A DNA stretch of 64,000 nucleotides from an uncultured archaeon (GCA_963704435.1 OY969902.1:136949-200948), one strand, 5' to 3'; positions 9,487 to 18,649 are shown, counted from the stretch's first letter. Notes: generated by a model from the sequence alone, not told the origin. Program-made: numbers and translations.

Positions 9487-10116
9487 TCACCTGGCCACCA
9501 GTCCCGCAAATCTCTTTGGGGCCAGGCCCTGCACAATGTCGCTCTCCTCGGTGTAGTAAAGGCAGGACGGACCGATTCGCTCAACCTTCTCGCCTGCTTT
9601 ACTAAGCGTCCCGCCGGTCCGTATGTAGTCGTCGAACATGACCGCCTTCGACATCGCCTTAATGAGTCTCATGTCCTCTCCAGACACGCACAGACCGCTG
9701 TCGCGCTGATACTCGATGAGGACGAACTCGAACGGCTTTCCGCGCTCCAGCAGCTGCCCCGCAACGTACGCTGCCGGGTATATCCCGGAGCGCATGAGGG
9801 GTATGAGCGCGACCCTGCCCCAGAATCTGCCCAGCAGATGATCCACATACTTGTCTTCGTTTGAGACGCGGCCGCAGTCAGTCAGCCGCATGCCAATCGC
9901 TTCGATGCTGAACTCGCCGTAGGTCCTTCCTCTTGCGCACTCGGCAAGCTCCATGAAACTCTGCCTGAGCTCCGACCTCACCTCGCCTCTCTCGCTTTCG
10001 CTCCTGCTGCGGTCGAACTGAAGTGACCACAGCTCTCTTATCCTGTGAAGGGAAGGTGGCCTCTTCAAGTCATTGAACGTGCCTGCAACGGCTGCCGCTT
10101 TTTGCACCGTATCCAT
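9487..10116 (-). CDS. phosphoribosyltransferase-like protein
   Basis: PRPP-binding-like motif AVMFDDYIRTGGTL near the C-terminus. The rest is unrecognised. Confidence 0.45.
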   Translation of the reverse strand: MDTVQKAAAVAGTFNDLKRPPSLHRIRELWSLQFDRSRSESERGEVRSELRQSFMELAECARGRTYGEFSIEAIGMRLTDCGRVSNEDKYVDHLLGRFWGRVALIPLMRSGIYPAAYVAGQLLERGKPFEFVLIEYQRDSGLCVSGEDMRLIKAMSKAVMFDDYIRTGGTLSKAGEKVERIGPSCLYYTEESDIVQGLAPKRFAGLVAR

Positions 10117-10282
10117 GCTTTTATTATGCCTTCTCCGGTATAAAAACGTGCTTCAGGAAAGTGCCCATAACGCTCTGGGAAGAATAGGGCGTCGCTCCAA
10201 TCGAACAGTTCGGGGCTCAATTTATAAATGTTCTTGATTAATAACATATTACAGTTGCTTTTCTGAGTTTTTAGGGTATCTA

Positions 10283-10738
10283 ATGGCAAGACTGCACACG
10301 CGGAAGCACGGCAAATCGAAGTCAAGGAAGCCGGTGGCGGAAGACGTCAAGATAACGGCCGACCGGAAGGAGGTCGAGGGCGCCATACTCGACTATGCCA
10401 GGCAGGGCATGAGCAGCAGCGAGATAGGCCAGAGCGTAAAGGTCGCCCACGGCGTCGGATACCTGAAGCCTCTGCTCGGCAAGAGGCTTAACCAGTTCCT
10501 CGCCGAGAAGGGAGTCAAGAAGGAGCTGCCGGACGACATTATGGCGCTTATGAGGAAGGCCGTGAGCATGAGGAAGCACCTCGCCAGCAACCACGGGGAC
10601 GTGTACGGCAGGATCAGGCTGGGAAGGGTCGAAGCCAAGATATGGAGGCTGAGCAGGTACTACAGGAGCTCGGGGAAGATACCCGCCGATTGGAAGTATG
10701 ACCCAGAGCAGGCTGCGCTTATGATAAAGAAGGCATGA
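10283..10738 (+). CDS. rps15: 30S ribosomal protein S15 (uS15, S13e-type)
   Basis: MARLHTRKHGKSKSRKP... N-terminus and C-terminal S15 fold motif HLASNHGDVYGRIRL. Confidence 0.9.
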   Translation: MARLHTRKHGKSKSRKPVAEDVKITADRKEVEGAILDYARQGMSSSEIGQSVKVAHGVGYLKPLLGKRLNQFLAEKGVKKELPDDIMALMRKAVSMRKHLASNHGDVYGRIRLGRVEAKIWRLSRYYRSSGKIPADWKYDPEQAALMIKKA

Positions 10739-10748
10739 GGTTAGTTGG

Positions 10749-11312
10749 ATGGCTGTTCAGAAGGGAGTTGACAAGTGGAAGGAGAAGCAGTGGTTCGACG
10801 TATACCCGCCGAAGGACATTGCCACCGAGATCATAGGCAGCGTGCCATCCAGCGACGAGAAGAACATGCTGGGCAGGGAGGTAAAGGTCAACCTGTCATG
10901 GATAACGAACAACCCCAACCACTCGTTCATCACGGTCGGGCTCAAGGTAACCGGCGTTAGCGGCAACTCCGCAAACACCGACGTGAGCTACCTGGCTCAG
11001 CAGTACAGCTACCTGCACTCGTTCGTCAAGAGGCGCGGAGACGTCATCTACACCTACGACAAGGTGAAGGACAAGGATGGCAAGGAGATGGTGCTCAAAC
11101 TCCTCATAACCACGAGGAACAAGATAGCCAGGAGGGCGCAGGCGGACATGAGGAAGGCGGTCAGCGTGTTCATCGCAGACTACGTCCCGAAGCTCGGGAA
11201 GGGCGAGTTCGTCAAGGCGATCATATCAGGGGCATTCCAGCAGGAGGGAGTGAAGAAGCTGGCGAAGATCGTACCGATCTCAAGGTTCGAGATAAAGAAG
11301 GCCGAGTTCTGA
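10749..11312 (+). CDS. rps3ae: 30S ribosomal protein S3Ae (eS1)
   Basis: KWKEKQWFDVYPPK and ...VKVNLSWIT pattern typical of S3Ae. Adjacent to S15. Confidence 0.85.
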   Translation: MAVQKGVDKWKEKQWFDVYPPKDIATEIIGSVPSSDEKNMLGREVKVNLSWITNNPNHSFITVGLKVTGVSGNSANTDVSYLAQQYSYLHSFVKRRGDVIYTYDKVKDKDGKEMVLKLLITTRNKIARRAQADMRKAVSVFIADYVPKLGKGEFVKAIISGAFQQEGVKKLAKIVPISRFEIKKAEF

Positions 11313-11338
11313 AGCCAGATACAAACAGATTCCTGTTT

Positions 11339-12970
11339 CTAGTTCTTGTAATACACCGTCACATTGGTGAAGTTCCCGAAGAAGGTATAGATCGAGGGCT
11401 CGTACTTGGTCAGCCATACGGGCCTCGCCGGAGGGACGTAGGCCACGGAAAGGCCGCAGTCCTGCTCGAGGATCGAGTTTGCGAAGCTCACGACATAACT
11501 GTCATTGACTATCCCGTCGCAGCCGTCCCACGGCCCGTTAACCAGGTTGAACTTGTAGTTCGAGTATTCCTCGAGGGGTATCGGGTTAGGCCTTACCACG
11601 GTCGTGTTCGGAGGCAATGCATTCACGAAGCTCGCCACCTTCAGCAGGGGATACAGATAACCATACTGGGAATATCCGATGTAGCTTATCGAGATGCACG
11701 ACTCCGCGAGCAGCGCAAGGAGCAGAGCCATAGCAAATACCTGCTTTGCCCTTGTGCCGATCCCCTTCTTCGCGCCCTTCCTGCTCTCCATGAGCCTCAC
11801 TATGAAGAAGCCTATCAGCAGGGCGAGAGCGGGGCCAAATATCAGCGTAAACCTCTGGTACTGGGGCTGGATAGGAAGGAAGTTCTTCAGGCTCATGGGG
11901 CCGTACGCGAGGTAAATGAGCGTGGAGAACACCCACAGCCCCGGAACTGCGACCCTCTTGTCGAATTTCAGGAGGAGGTACGCTGCTGCCAATAGCGCGA
12001 TGTAGAAATACGCTCCTATCAGGTAGCCGAACCATATCGCGTTCGCGTTGGACACCGAAGCATCCCATGCCGACAGCAGGGATACGAACGACGGGTGGGC
12101 TATGGCCTGCGACGCTACCCAAGCGACGTTGTACGGAAGGAGCTCGGACGCGTACGTGCGCAGCGAGGAGATTCCGTATCCGCAGGACATCTGGCCGCAG
12201 TAGTTTGAGTACCAAGAGGAGTCTGTGGTGTATATGTAGAGGGGGTTCCCTGCGGTGAGATAGCCAAGCAGCGCTATGATTGAGACCGCGCACAGTATGC
12301 CTACTGCAAATGAGGCGATTCTCAGCAGCTGTTTCCGGTTCATGTGCTTTACCGTGTCAAAAAGAAGGATTAGCAGCAGGAAGGGGATTATTATGAGCGT
12401 CTCTGGCACAGAAAGGAAGCCTATCACTGCGAAGAACGCGGACAAGGCATAGAAAATCTTTTTCCTCTCATTCTTTGTCGCGAGTATCATCATCAGTACC
12501 GCGAGGGACGCGAAGAATGCCATCTGCACGTCGTCCCCGACGCTGGACGCCTGGATTACCGCGAGCGGGAGAGCGCCGTACAGCAGCGCGGAAACGAGCC
12601 CCGCCTTCCTGTTGTAGAGCTCGCTCCCGATGAGATAGACCACCGCGACGGTGCCTAGGAACATCAAAAGGTCGAAGAACACGCTCGTGAACGGACTGTA
12701 CCCGAACAGCGAGTAGAGCACGGCCATGCTCCCTATTACGATGTATTTCATTCCGTCAGCGCCCGTCCCCACGAACCCAGTTATCCCGACAACGGCGACA
12801 TGGTGTGCGAACAGGTTGTAGAGGTAGTTGTCGGACTGGTTGAGCGGAGTTATCCCGTAGAAGAATGCGAGGGTCAACCCTGCGCTAAAGATAAGCACCA
12901 AACAGAGTGCTGCGAGATAGATGCGACTCTCGTCCTTAGCCTTTCTCTTTCTTGATTTCAAATCATCCAC
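11339..12970 (-). CDS. polytopic membrane glycosyltransferase (GT39/ArnT/PMT-like)
   Basis: 543 aa, about 12 hydrophobic helices in the N-terminal 420 aa and a soluble C-terminal domain. This architecture is typical of dolichyl/undecaprenyl-phosphate-sugar dependent glycosyltransferases. Confidence 0.55.
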   Translation of the reverse strand: MDDLKSRKRKAKDESRIYLAALCLVLIFSAGLTLAFFYGITPLNQSDNYLYNLFAHHVAVVGITGFVGTGADGMKYIVIGSMAVLYSLFGYSPFTSVFFDLLMFLGTVAVVYLIGSELYNRKAGLVSALLYGALPLAVIQASSVGDDVQMAFFASLAVLMMILATKNERKKIFYALSAFFAVIGFLSVPETLIIIPFLLLILLFDTVKHMNRKQLLRIASFAVGILCAVSIIALLGYLTAGNPLYIYTTDSSWYSNYCGQMSCGYGISSLRTYASELLPYNVAWVASQAIAHPSFVSLLSAWDASVSNANAIWFGYLIGAYFYIALLAAAYLLLKFDKRVAVPGLWVFSTLIYLAYGPMSLKNFLPIQPQYQRFTLIFGPALALLIGFFIVRLMESRKGAKKGIGTRAKQVFAMALLLALLAESCISISYIGYSQYGYLYPLLKVASFVNALPPNTTVVRPNPIPLEEYSNYKFNLVNGPWDGCDGIVNDSYVVSFANSILEQDCGLSVAYVPPARPVWLTKYEPSIYTFFGNFTNVTVYYKN

Positions 12971-12973
12971 TCT

Positions 12974-13339
12974 TCACAGTATCTTTTTCTGTTTGTCCAA
13001 ATCAAATATCTCTTCTAGGTCGATAGCCAATGCATGATGAGGCAAGGGAGGGACGCTTCTCTTGATGGCTAAGGAAAGGTAGTCTCCAGAAGAATAAACC
13101 TTAGCACGGTCATCTATCCGGTAATACTCTCCACCGCGCTTTGCTACAATTGAGACCTTTTTGTTTTTCCTGATGTTCTCTAAAGTTGTCTTCATCTGGC
13201 AAGCGCCTATCAATAACTTCTTTTTGTAAAAACCACACGACATCACGACGATGACGCGTGGATTTCCGGATTTTGAACTCGTAGCTAAAAAGATCTCCTG
13301 GCCCGGTTCCAATGCCTTCCTCCATCCCTTGCCCGGCAT
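12974..13339 (-). CDS. pyridoxamine 5'-phosphate oxidase-family (FMN-binding split-barrel) protein
   Basis: 121 aa. The pattern IFLATSSKSGNPRVIVV...TTLENIRKNKKVSIV resembles PNPOx-like small proteins. Confidence 0.5.
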   Translation of the reverse strand: MPGKGWRKALEPGQEIFLATSSKSGNPRVIVVMSCGFYKKKLLIGACQMKTTLENIRKNKKVSIVAKRGGEYYRIDDRAKVYSSGDYLSLAIKRSVPPLPHHALAIDLEEIFDLDKQKKIL

Positions 13340-13340
13340 C

Positions 13341-13682
13341 TCACAGCCTCTTCTTTATGAAATCGGCAAGCACGATCGCGCTGTTGTGCTCGGTGTCCTT
13401 CGCCGAGTAGACGAGCGTCACGTCGGTCTGCTTCACCATCGCTATGAGCTCTCCGACCTCGCCGTTGGTCTCAAGCTCCTTCTCGTACTTCCTCCTGAAC
13501 TCGTCCCATTTCGCGGGGTCGTGGGCGAACCACTTCCTCAGCGCGTCGCTGGGCGCGACCTCCTTCATCCAGAGGTCTATGCTCTGCGAGCTCTTCTTCA
13601 CTCCGCGTGGCCAGAGGCGCTCCACGAGGACCATCTTTCCGTCCGTGAGGTCCCTCCTTTCGTAGACCCTCTTCATTCCCAT
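13341..13682 (-). CDS. DUF488 family protein
   Basis: MGMKRVYERRDLTDGKMVLVERLWPRGVKK...APSDALRKWFAHDPAKWDEFRRKY...TLVYSAKDTEHNSA matches the DUF488 consensus. Start moved to ATG 13682 because the longer track ORF overlaps the upstream gene. Confidence 0.8.
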   Translation of the reverse strand: MGMKRVYERRDLTDGKMVLVERLWPRGVKKSSQSIDLWMKEVAPSDALRKWFAHDPAKWDEFRRKYEKELETNGEVGELIAMVKQTDVTLVYSAKDTEHNSAIVLADFIKKRL

Positions 13683-13719
13683 GAGCACAAAGGCACCGAT
13701 TTCAATTCTGTCTGCACAT

Positions 13720-14238
13720 TTAAATACGTTGGCTTGTTTTTTCTCGGGCGGATGGCATCTTTCCGACGGCCGAGGCGAGCAGGCTCTCCTTCCCGACAAG
13801 GGACAGGAATGATCCGATGTTCATGACCTTCCCGTTCCGCATGTGTATGTCCAGCATCTCAAGCATGAGTCCGTCGGCCTGGTCGAGCCTAGAGAAGTAG
13901 ACCCCCCTCTCGTTCACGAATCCCTTCGAGTCGAGCATGCCGGCCACGAGGCACGCCGCGAGCTCGCGGCTCCTCTTCGGGAGCGAGGCCTTCCGCTCGA
14001 GGATCTCCCTTATCATCCGGGCTATCCTAGAATGGTAGAAATGGACGTGCTTGACCTCGCCGCTCTCCTCGATAAGTATCTTCTTAGGGTCCGCGCCGAG
14101 CGCGAGGGCGAACTTCACGAACCGCTCCACTAGCTCGTCATTGCGCGTCCTGACCCCGATGTAGCTCTTGTCGGGGACCCTGTAGTTGTCCATGACTCCT
14201 GCGAGGTAGCACAGCTCCCTTGTAGTCCTGAAGCGCAT
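13720..14238 (-). CDS. LAGLIDADG-like (double-motif) homing-endonuclease-like protein, free-standing
   Basis: Two dodecapeptide-like motifs about 85 aa apart: YLAGVMDNYRV (res 11-21) and CLVAGMLDSKGFV (res 96-108). The 172-aa size fits monomeric double-motif enzymes. Confidence 0.4.
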   Translation of the reverse strand: MRFRTTRELCYLAGVMDNYRVPDKSYIGVRTRNDELVERFVKFALALGADPKKILIEESGEVKHVHFYHSRIARMIREILERKASLPKRSRELAACLVAGMLDSKGFVNERGVYFSRLDQADGLMLEMLDIHMRNGKVMNIGSFLSLVGKESLLASAVGKMPSAREKTSQRI

Positions 14239-14262
14239 GGTAAGAATGGGACGGATAAGGAT

Positions 14263-17200
14263 TTAAGCGTTGGAAGGCTGCTCCGATGAACGCTGCACGG
14301 CCATGAGCGGCTCCGCGGAGGCTACGGCTATCGTGCCTGCCCCCTCGACCCGCTCGTTGCCGTCCAATTCTTTTTTATTATATGTTGAACCTGCGGCATC
14401 CAGAGGGTTGTCGATGGGAATCTCTTGCCCCCATTCGGAGAACCCGAAAGGAACCTCGTTGGAGATGCCGGACTCAAAGGCTCTGAACAAATCGCCCATC
14501 CCCCTGAGTTCCATAGCCCGCACCGGAACGTTGCGGCGGCTGCACGCCCTTGTGAGGGAAGCGACCCGGTTATCTCCTGCGTATAGCTCGAATTTCATGT
14601 GAACGTCGTTTTTCTTGAGGGAATCATGGCGCTGATCTCCAAAGATCGCGCCCTTGTTGCTGACAAATACGTACGTGATTATCACCTTGTCGAGGCTCTT
14701 TTCCCTACCCTTCTCAACGACCTCACAGTACATCCTCGGGAACCTGATCTTTCCCTTGGAAGTGGCCATCACAAAGTCCTTCAATGGGAGGCCGTCCTTA
14801 CTGTCCTTGAACACAGGGAACCAAAGATCGGGCCGCACGGCTGCGCTCCCTGACTCAGTCTTGAAAAGCAGTTTCAATTGCACCTTCGGAGGCGCCGAGG
14901 CCTGCTTGGAAGATATAGGATTTGCTGGGACAGCTTCGCGGACGGTCCTTCCGAGGTCACGGAGGCGCGGCAGTGGTGGAGAGTCGCTGATTATGTGGTA
15001 TCCCTGCCCGCCGCGAGCAAGCTTACCGTCCGAGACGAGAGTAGCGATAGCGTGCACGACATCCGGCTTCTTCCTTCCGGTCATCTCCGTTATCTCCTCA
15101 GGCGTGCAAGACCCCGTCTTCCCTATCTTTTCCAAGATATCTGCGCGAACCTCTGTGGCCGGATCGGGAACATAGTATCCTTTTTTCCAGAACTGGATCG
15201 TACTGGCCGATTTGAGCGCGCTCAGCGCGTTGGCGACCTTGGATTGGTCCATCCCAATGGCGCTGGATATCGCACCTACGTCTGCCAGCCCAAGCTTCCC
15301 GAGAACATTGAGGATCGCATTGCAGGTTTGCGCATCATACGGCTTGTTTTTATTGACCGAACTCCCCTTGTTGGACTTCAGTTCCGTCCGGGTGATGCTC
15401 TCTGCCGGCACAAGTTCCACATTGATGGAGTCGGATGAGTCCTGAATTATTTTCTCGGAGTCGAGACCCTTCAGGTAATATTTGCCGCTGTTCTTGCTCC
15501 ACAGCTCCGCCACGCCATTCTTCATAAGTTCCTTCAGCGCATCACGGATATCTTGCAGGGATAGGTTGGCCGCCATCGCCTTTTCGGTGTTTGCGATTTC
15601 TTTGGGACGCATGTAGCGCTTCTCCTTCAGGATCTCCACGACCACACCCTGCGCTGCGGCCATCTTCGTAGCTTCCACATCAGATTGCTCCTTAGCGGCC
15701 TGGCCAGCCCGGGCCTGAAGGATCTGCTTGTTGTTAGCGATTGCGGATGCGACATCCGCAATTCCGAAAGCGCCGTCCTTGATTCTGAATCGGTTTGCCT
15801 TGGGGGAGGGAATGCACTCTATTAGCCCTTCCCGCGCGAGTTCATCCAATGAGCGAGTCATCATAGACGCTCTCGCACCGAGTCGCTTCCTTAGGACGGA
15901 CAGCGGCAACCTTCTCTCATCAAGGGCGATTATGGCCAGGATTTCAGCGTTCCTCTCGGCAACCTTATTGAGGTGCCTACCCGCATAGACTGAATTGAGG
16001 TACAGGTTGGCAAAATCAACAAACTTCCCGGTGGCCAGCGTCTCTTGAAGCTGCGGGTTTGCCCCAAGCGCGACGTCTGCGGCGAAGGCAGGCACCGGCT
16101 CAGCCAGGATTGCCAAAGCAGCCGCTGTGGACGGCACCGCTACGACCGCCGAAGTGGTCTGCACAGGACCTAGCTCGATGACATACTTCGGCATTGTGAA
16201 GTCTATCCGCCGGATTGGAGGATATCCCAGGTCTTGGGGGGTGCTTGCTGCGTTCCTGCCCCCTGAGAATTCAGTCATAGACGCCAGAGAGATCCTGACG
16301 TCCTCCATCCGCGCAGGCACCATGGCGGGATGCGTGGGAACCAGGAAGTGGGTATCGCTTGTTGTAGCCAGAGGCATTGGATTCGCCACAGTAACCGCCA
16401 TCGCAGGCTTAGCGTCGGCGCGCTCGGTTCCAGCAGTGGGAACGATGATGTGTTGTGTTTTCTTATGAAGGGCCTCCTTTCTTTTAGCGAACGGGCTTGT
16501 GCGGGCGCGCTTTGGATTGGTCTTGGCAGCAACTGGAACGATAACTTTTCTAGATCCATCATTGATGGTGGGCGGCGCGTCTGTTTCTGCTACATTATCT
16601 TCATCAACGACGCGGTATTTACCCCATCCAGTACACTCGATCAACCCTTCCCTCCAGAGCTCCGTGCGCATCTGGCGTACATAGGCTTCAGTCATATGCA
16701 TAGCGTTGGCGACCCTGGCCGGGCTATCGCTCTGCCGAAAGGCTGCAAGAACAGCATAAAGCCTTCTTCTGGACGAATTTCCAGAGGGCGCTTGGGATTG
16801 CCTTAGCGCTTCTTCCTTGCCTGCCTCTGTGAGTTCATAGACGCCATTCTTCCTTACGACATAGCCGTTCTTAATGAGCTTTGTCCCAATCCTGCATGCT
16901 GATGATTTACTACGCAAGCCAAGGATGCCAGTCAGCTGCGTTCTGGAGAGACTGCCTTGATCGGAATTATAGACGGCCTTGAGAAATTTCACGGCGTTGT
17001 CTGGCAGCTTTAAATCCATTGCAGGTGCAAGCTCCACTTCTCCATCTGGGTTTTCGTCGATGCGGTATGCGCCTTTGCCTTCGTGTAAGACTTTTCCCTC
17101 CTTCTGGAGCCCTCTAATAGTCTTCCACACCTCTCCGCTGTCTGCACCTAAATCTTTGGCGATTTTAGCTATGCCATCGCCATTTCCGATGGCCTCTCGA

Positions 17201-17697
17201 ATAGTAACCCGCAGCGCGTTGGTGTCTTCGGCACTCTTAAGCGCAGTCTTGCCTGCCTCTGTGAGTTTGTAGGAGTCCTCCGTCAGGGAGACATAGCCCC
17301 TTTTGGCGAGGCGCGTTCCTATCTTCACTACTGAATCCTTAAACGTCGGGGCGAGGACTTCTGATAGTTGCAGCCCAGTAAGGGAACCTTTCTCTGAGCC
17401 CTGGATGGCGCTAAGGAAGTCCAAGGATTTGTCCGACAGCCATGCACTTTTACCCGGACTTGGTAGGAATGCAGGCTCTGCCGCTGTGTCGGCATTCTCG
17501 TTGATTCGATATCTTCTATGGTGTGGAGTGCCATCGCGCAGAAGCTTCCCTTCGTCAACGAGCTCATTGAGTATTTGGCATACCCTGCTAGGGGTAACGC
17601 GAATTTTACATGCCGACTCTTTGGAATCAAAGTTTTCGCTCCGTATGTCGTCCAGAAGGGACTTGCGCATCTCAACTGATTTCGCGTGGTTTGTCAA
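14263..17697 (-). CDS. 1,144-aa multi-winged-helix protein (about 9 tandem wHTH modules + uncharacterised C-terminal domain)
   Basis: Uninterrupted ORF. Recurrent helix-plus-beta-hairpin endings are RRYRINE, SYKLTEAGKTAL, GAYRIDE, GVYELTEAGKEEAL, GKYRVVDE, NRFRIKD, GKYYLKG, KGYYVPD and GYHIIS. TTG start at 17697; first ATG at 17670. Confidence 0.75.
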   Translation of the reverse strand: MTNHAKSVEMRKSLLDDIRSENFDSKESACKIRVTPSRVCQILNELVDEGKLLRDGTPHHRRYRINENADTAAEPAFLPSPGKSAWLSDKSLDFLSAIQGSEKGSLTGLQLSEVLAPTFKDSVVKIGTRLAKRGYVSLTEDSYKLTEAGKTALKSAEDTNALRVTIREAIGNGDGIAKIAKDLGADSGEVWKTIRGLQKEGKVLHEGKGAYRIDENPDGEVELAPAMDLKLPDNAVKFLKAVYNSDQGSLSRTQLTGILGLRSKSSACRIGTKLIKNGYVVRKNGVYELTEAGKEEALRQSQAPSGNSSRRRLYAVLAAFRQSDSPARVANAMHMTEAYVRQMRTELWREGLIECTGWGKYRVVDEDNVAETDAPPTINDGSRKVIVPVAAKTNPKRARTSPFAKRKEALHKKTQHIIVPTAGTERADAKPAMAVTVANPMPLATTSDTHFLVPTHPAMVPARMEDVRISLASMTEFSGGRNAASTPQDLGYPPIRRIDFTMPKYVIELGPVQTTSAVVAVPSTAAALAILAEPVPAFAADVALGANPQLQETLATGKFVDFANLYLNSVYAGRHLNKVAERNAEILAIIALDERRLPLSVLRKRLGARASMMTRSLDELAREGLIECIPSPKANRFRIKDGAFGIADVASAIANNKQILQARAGQAAKEQSDVEATKMAAAQGVVVEILKEKRYMRPKEIANTEKAMAANLSLQDIRDALKELMKNGVAELWSKNSGKYYLKGLDSEKIIQDSSDSINVELVPAESITRTELKSNKGSSVNKNKPYDAQTCNAILNVLGKLGLADVGAISSAIGMDQSKVANALSALKSASTIQFWKKGYYVPDPATEVRADILEKIGKTGSCTPEEITEMTGRKKPDVVHAIATLVSDGKLARGGQGYHIISDSPPLPRLRDLGRTVREAVPANPISSKQASAPPKVQLKLLFKTESGSAAVRPDLWFPVFKDSKDGLPLKDFVMATSKGKIRFPRMYCEVVEKGREKSLDKVIITYVFVSNKGAIFGDQRHDSLKKNDVHMKFELYAGDNRVASLTRACSRRNVPVRAMELRGMGDLFRAFESGISNEVPFGFSEWGQEIPIDNPLDAAGSTYNKKELDGNERVEGAGTIAVASAEPLMAVQRSSEQPSNA

Positions 17698-17729
17698 CCC
17701 GCACCCCCGCTACGTAATCGGGTGCGCAC

Positions 17730-17757
17730 GAATATAATCCTTGACATATTCAGGATT
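17730..17757 (-). promoter_or_regulatory. palindrome overlapping a TATA-like box upstream of the multi-wHTH gene
   Basis: Plus strand AATCCT-TGACATATTC-AGGATT (17736..17757; 6-bp arms). Minus-strand ATTATATT lies at 17730..17738, about 35-65 nt upstream of the TTG/ATG starts. Confidence 0.3.
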
Positions 17758-17793
17758 TAGCAAGGTAGCAAGGCTACACATTCACTGGTCGTG

Positions 17794-18483
17794 CTAGGAA
17801 TTGCTGCTAATTTTGACTCCCACTTTTGTTGCATGCTCATACGCTCCGACCAAAGGGCGAATATCTTCGAGAGATAATGGCGAGGGCCTTCTCATAGCAT
17901 CATGGAATGACACTTTAAGGTTAGGATCATTACTATCTCCGACTTTAGTGACATATCTGTAGTATGCGGATTTGAGAATTTCGTGAAGGCCATCCCCAAA
18001 TTGCGTTACCGAGTCGATAGCCGCTCCGCTTTCGTAAAAGGATGCAGTTGGAAGGAAGGATTTTACGCGGCCGACGGTCATTTGGTAATGGCTGTTATCG
18101 CGAAGCCTAACCAGCCAGGTGGTGTTTTCCACTGCAGCTATTGTGAGCATATCTGACGAATTATCCAGCTCTTCGGATTTTTTAGCTTTCATATAATCCG
18201 CGATAACTTCATCAAATTTTCTGACTTTGCTACTCAAGAGAGGAAGATTGTACACTGCTTGAGTAAGACCAGATTGCGGACGATTATCTTCGATGTGCAC
18301 TTGCGGCATAAAATAAAGCTTATACCCCTCACCTTGGGGAAGGGTTATGGCTAAAATAGCATTTCCTTCTGCGGGATACTTCCTCACAGCGAGCGTGCTA
18401 TCGATATTTAGAAACTTTGCTATATTGCAACAAATATCTGCTTCCCAGACGACTCGCCTGGTCTCCTCGTCACCCGCTCTCAA
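17794..18483 (-). CDS. hypothetical protein (229 aa), G+C-poor orphan
   Basis: Long ORF on the same strand, directly upstream of the multi-wHTH gene. No motif recognised. Very low local G+C (line 18181 = 20/60). Confidence 0.5.
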   Translation of the reverse strand: MRAGDEETRRVVWEADICCNIAKFLNIDSTLAVRKYPAEGNAILAITLPQGEGYKLYFMPQVHIEDNRPQSGLTQAVYNLPLLSSKVRKFDEVIADYMKAKKSEELDNSSDMLTIAAVENTTWLVRLRDNSHYQMTVGRVKSFLPTASFYESGAAIDSVTQFGDGLHEILKSAYYRYVTKVGDSNDPNLKVSFHDAMRRPSPLSLEDIRPLVGAYEHATKVGVKISSNS

Positions 18484-18561
18484 AACAATGCACCGAGTAT
18501 ACTATCTTTCTGATGGTATAAATGCATTGACTTTGTTTTTTGTCCAGAAGAAAAGCAGAAG

Positions 18562-18600
18562 CCTTGAGGGAAATGCAAACGAAATGCGCAGCTGCACGGG
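18562..18600 (-). other. 16S rRNA trailer arm of the leader/trailer processing helix
   Basis: Trailer RNA ...CCCGUGCAGCUGCGCAUUUCGUUUGCAUUUCCCUCAAG is complementary to leader CUUGAGGAAAUGCAAACGA...CGCAGUUGCAUCAGGG (20139..20184). That gives about 19 + 13 bp with an internal loop and bulges. Confidence 0.7.
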
Positions 18601-18649
18601 CTAAACCTAATCGAGAAACTTATTCTCTTGTGTCTCGTTAAAAATATAC

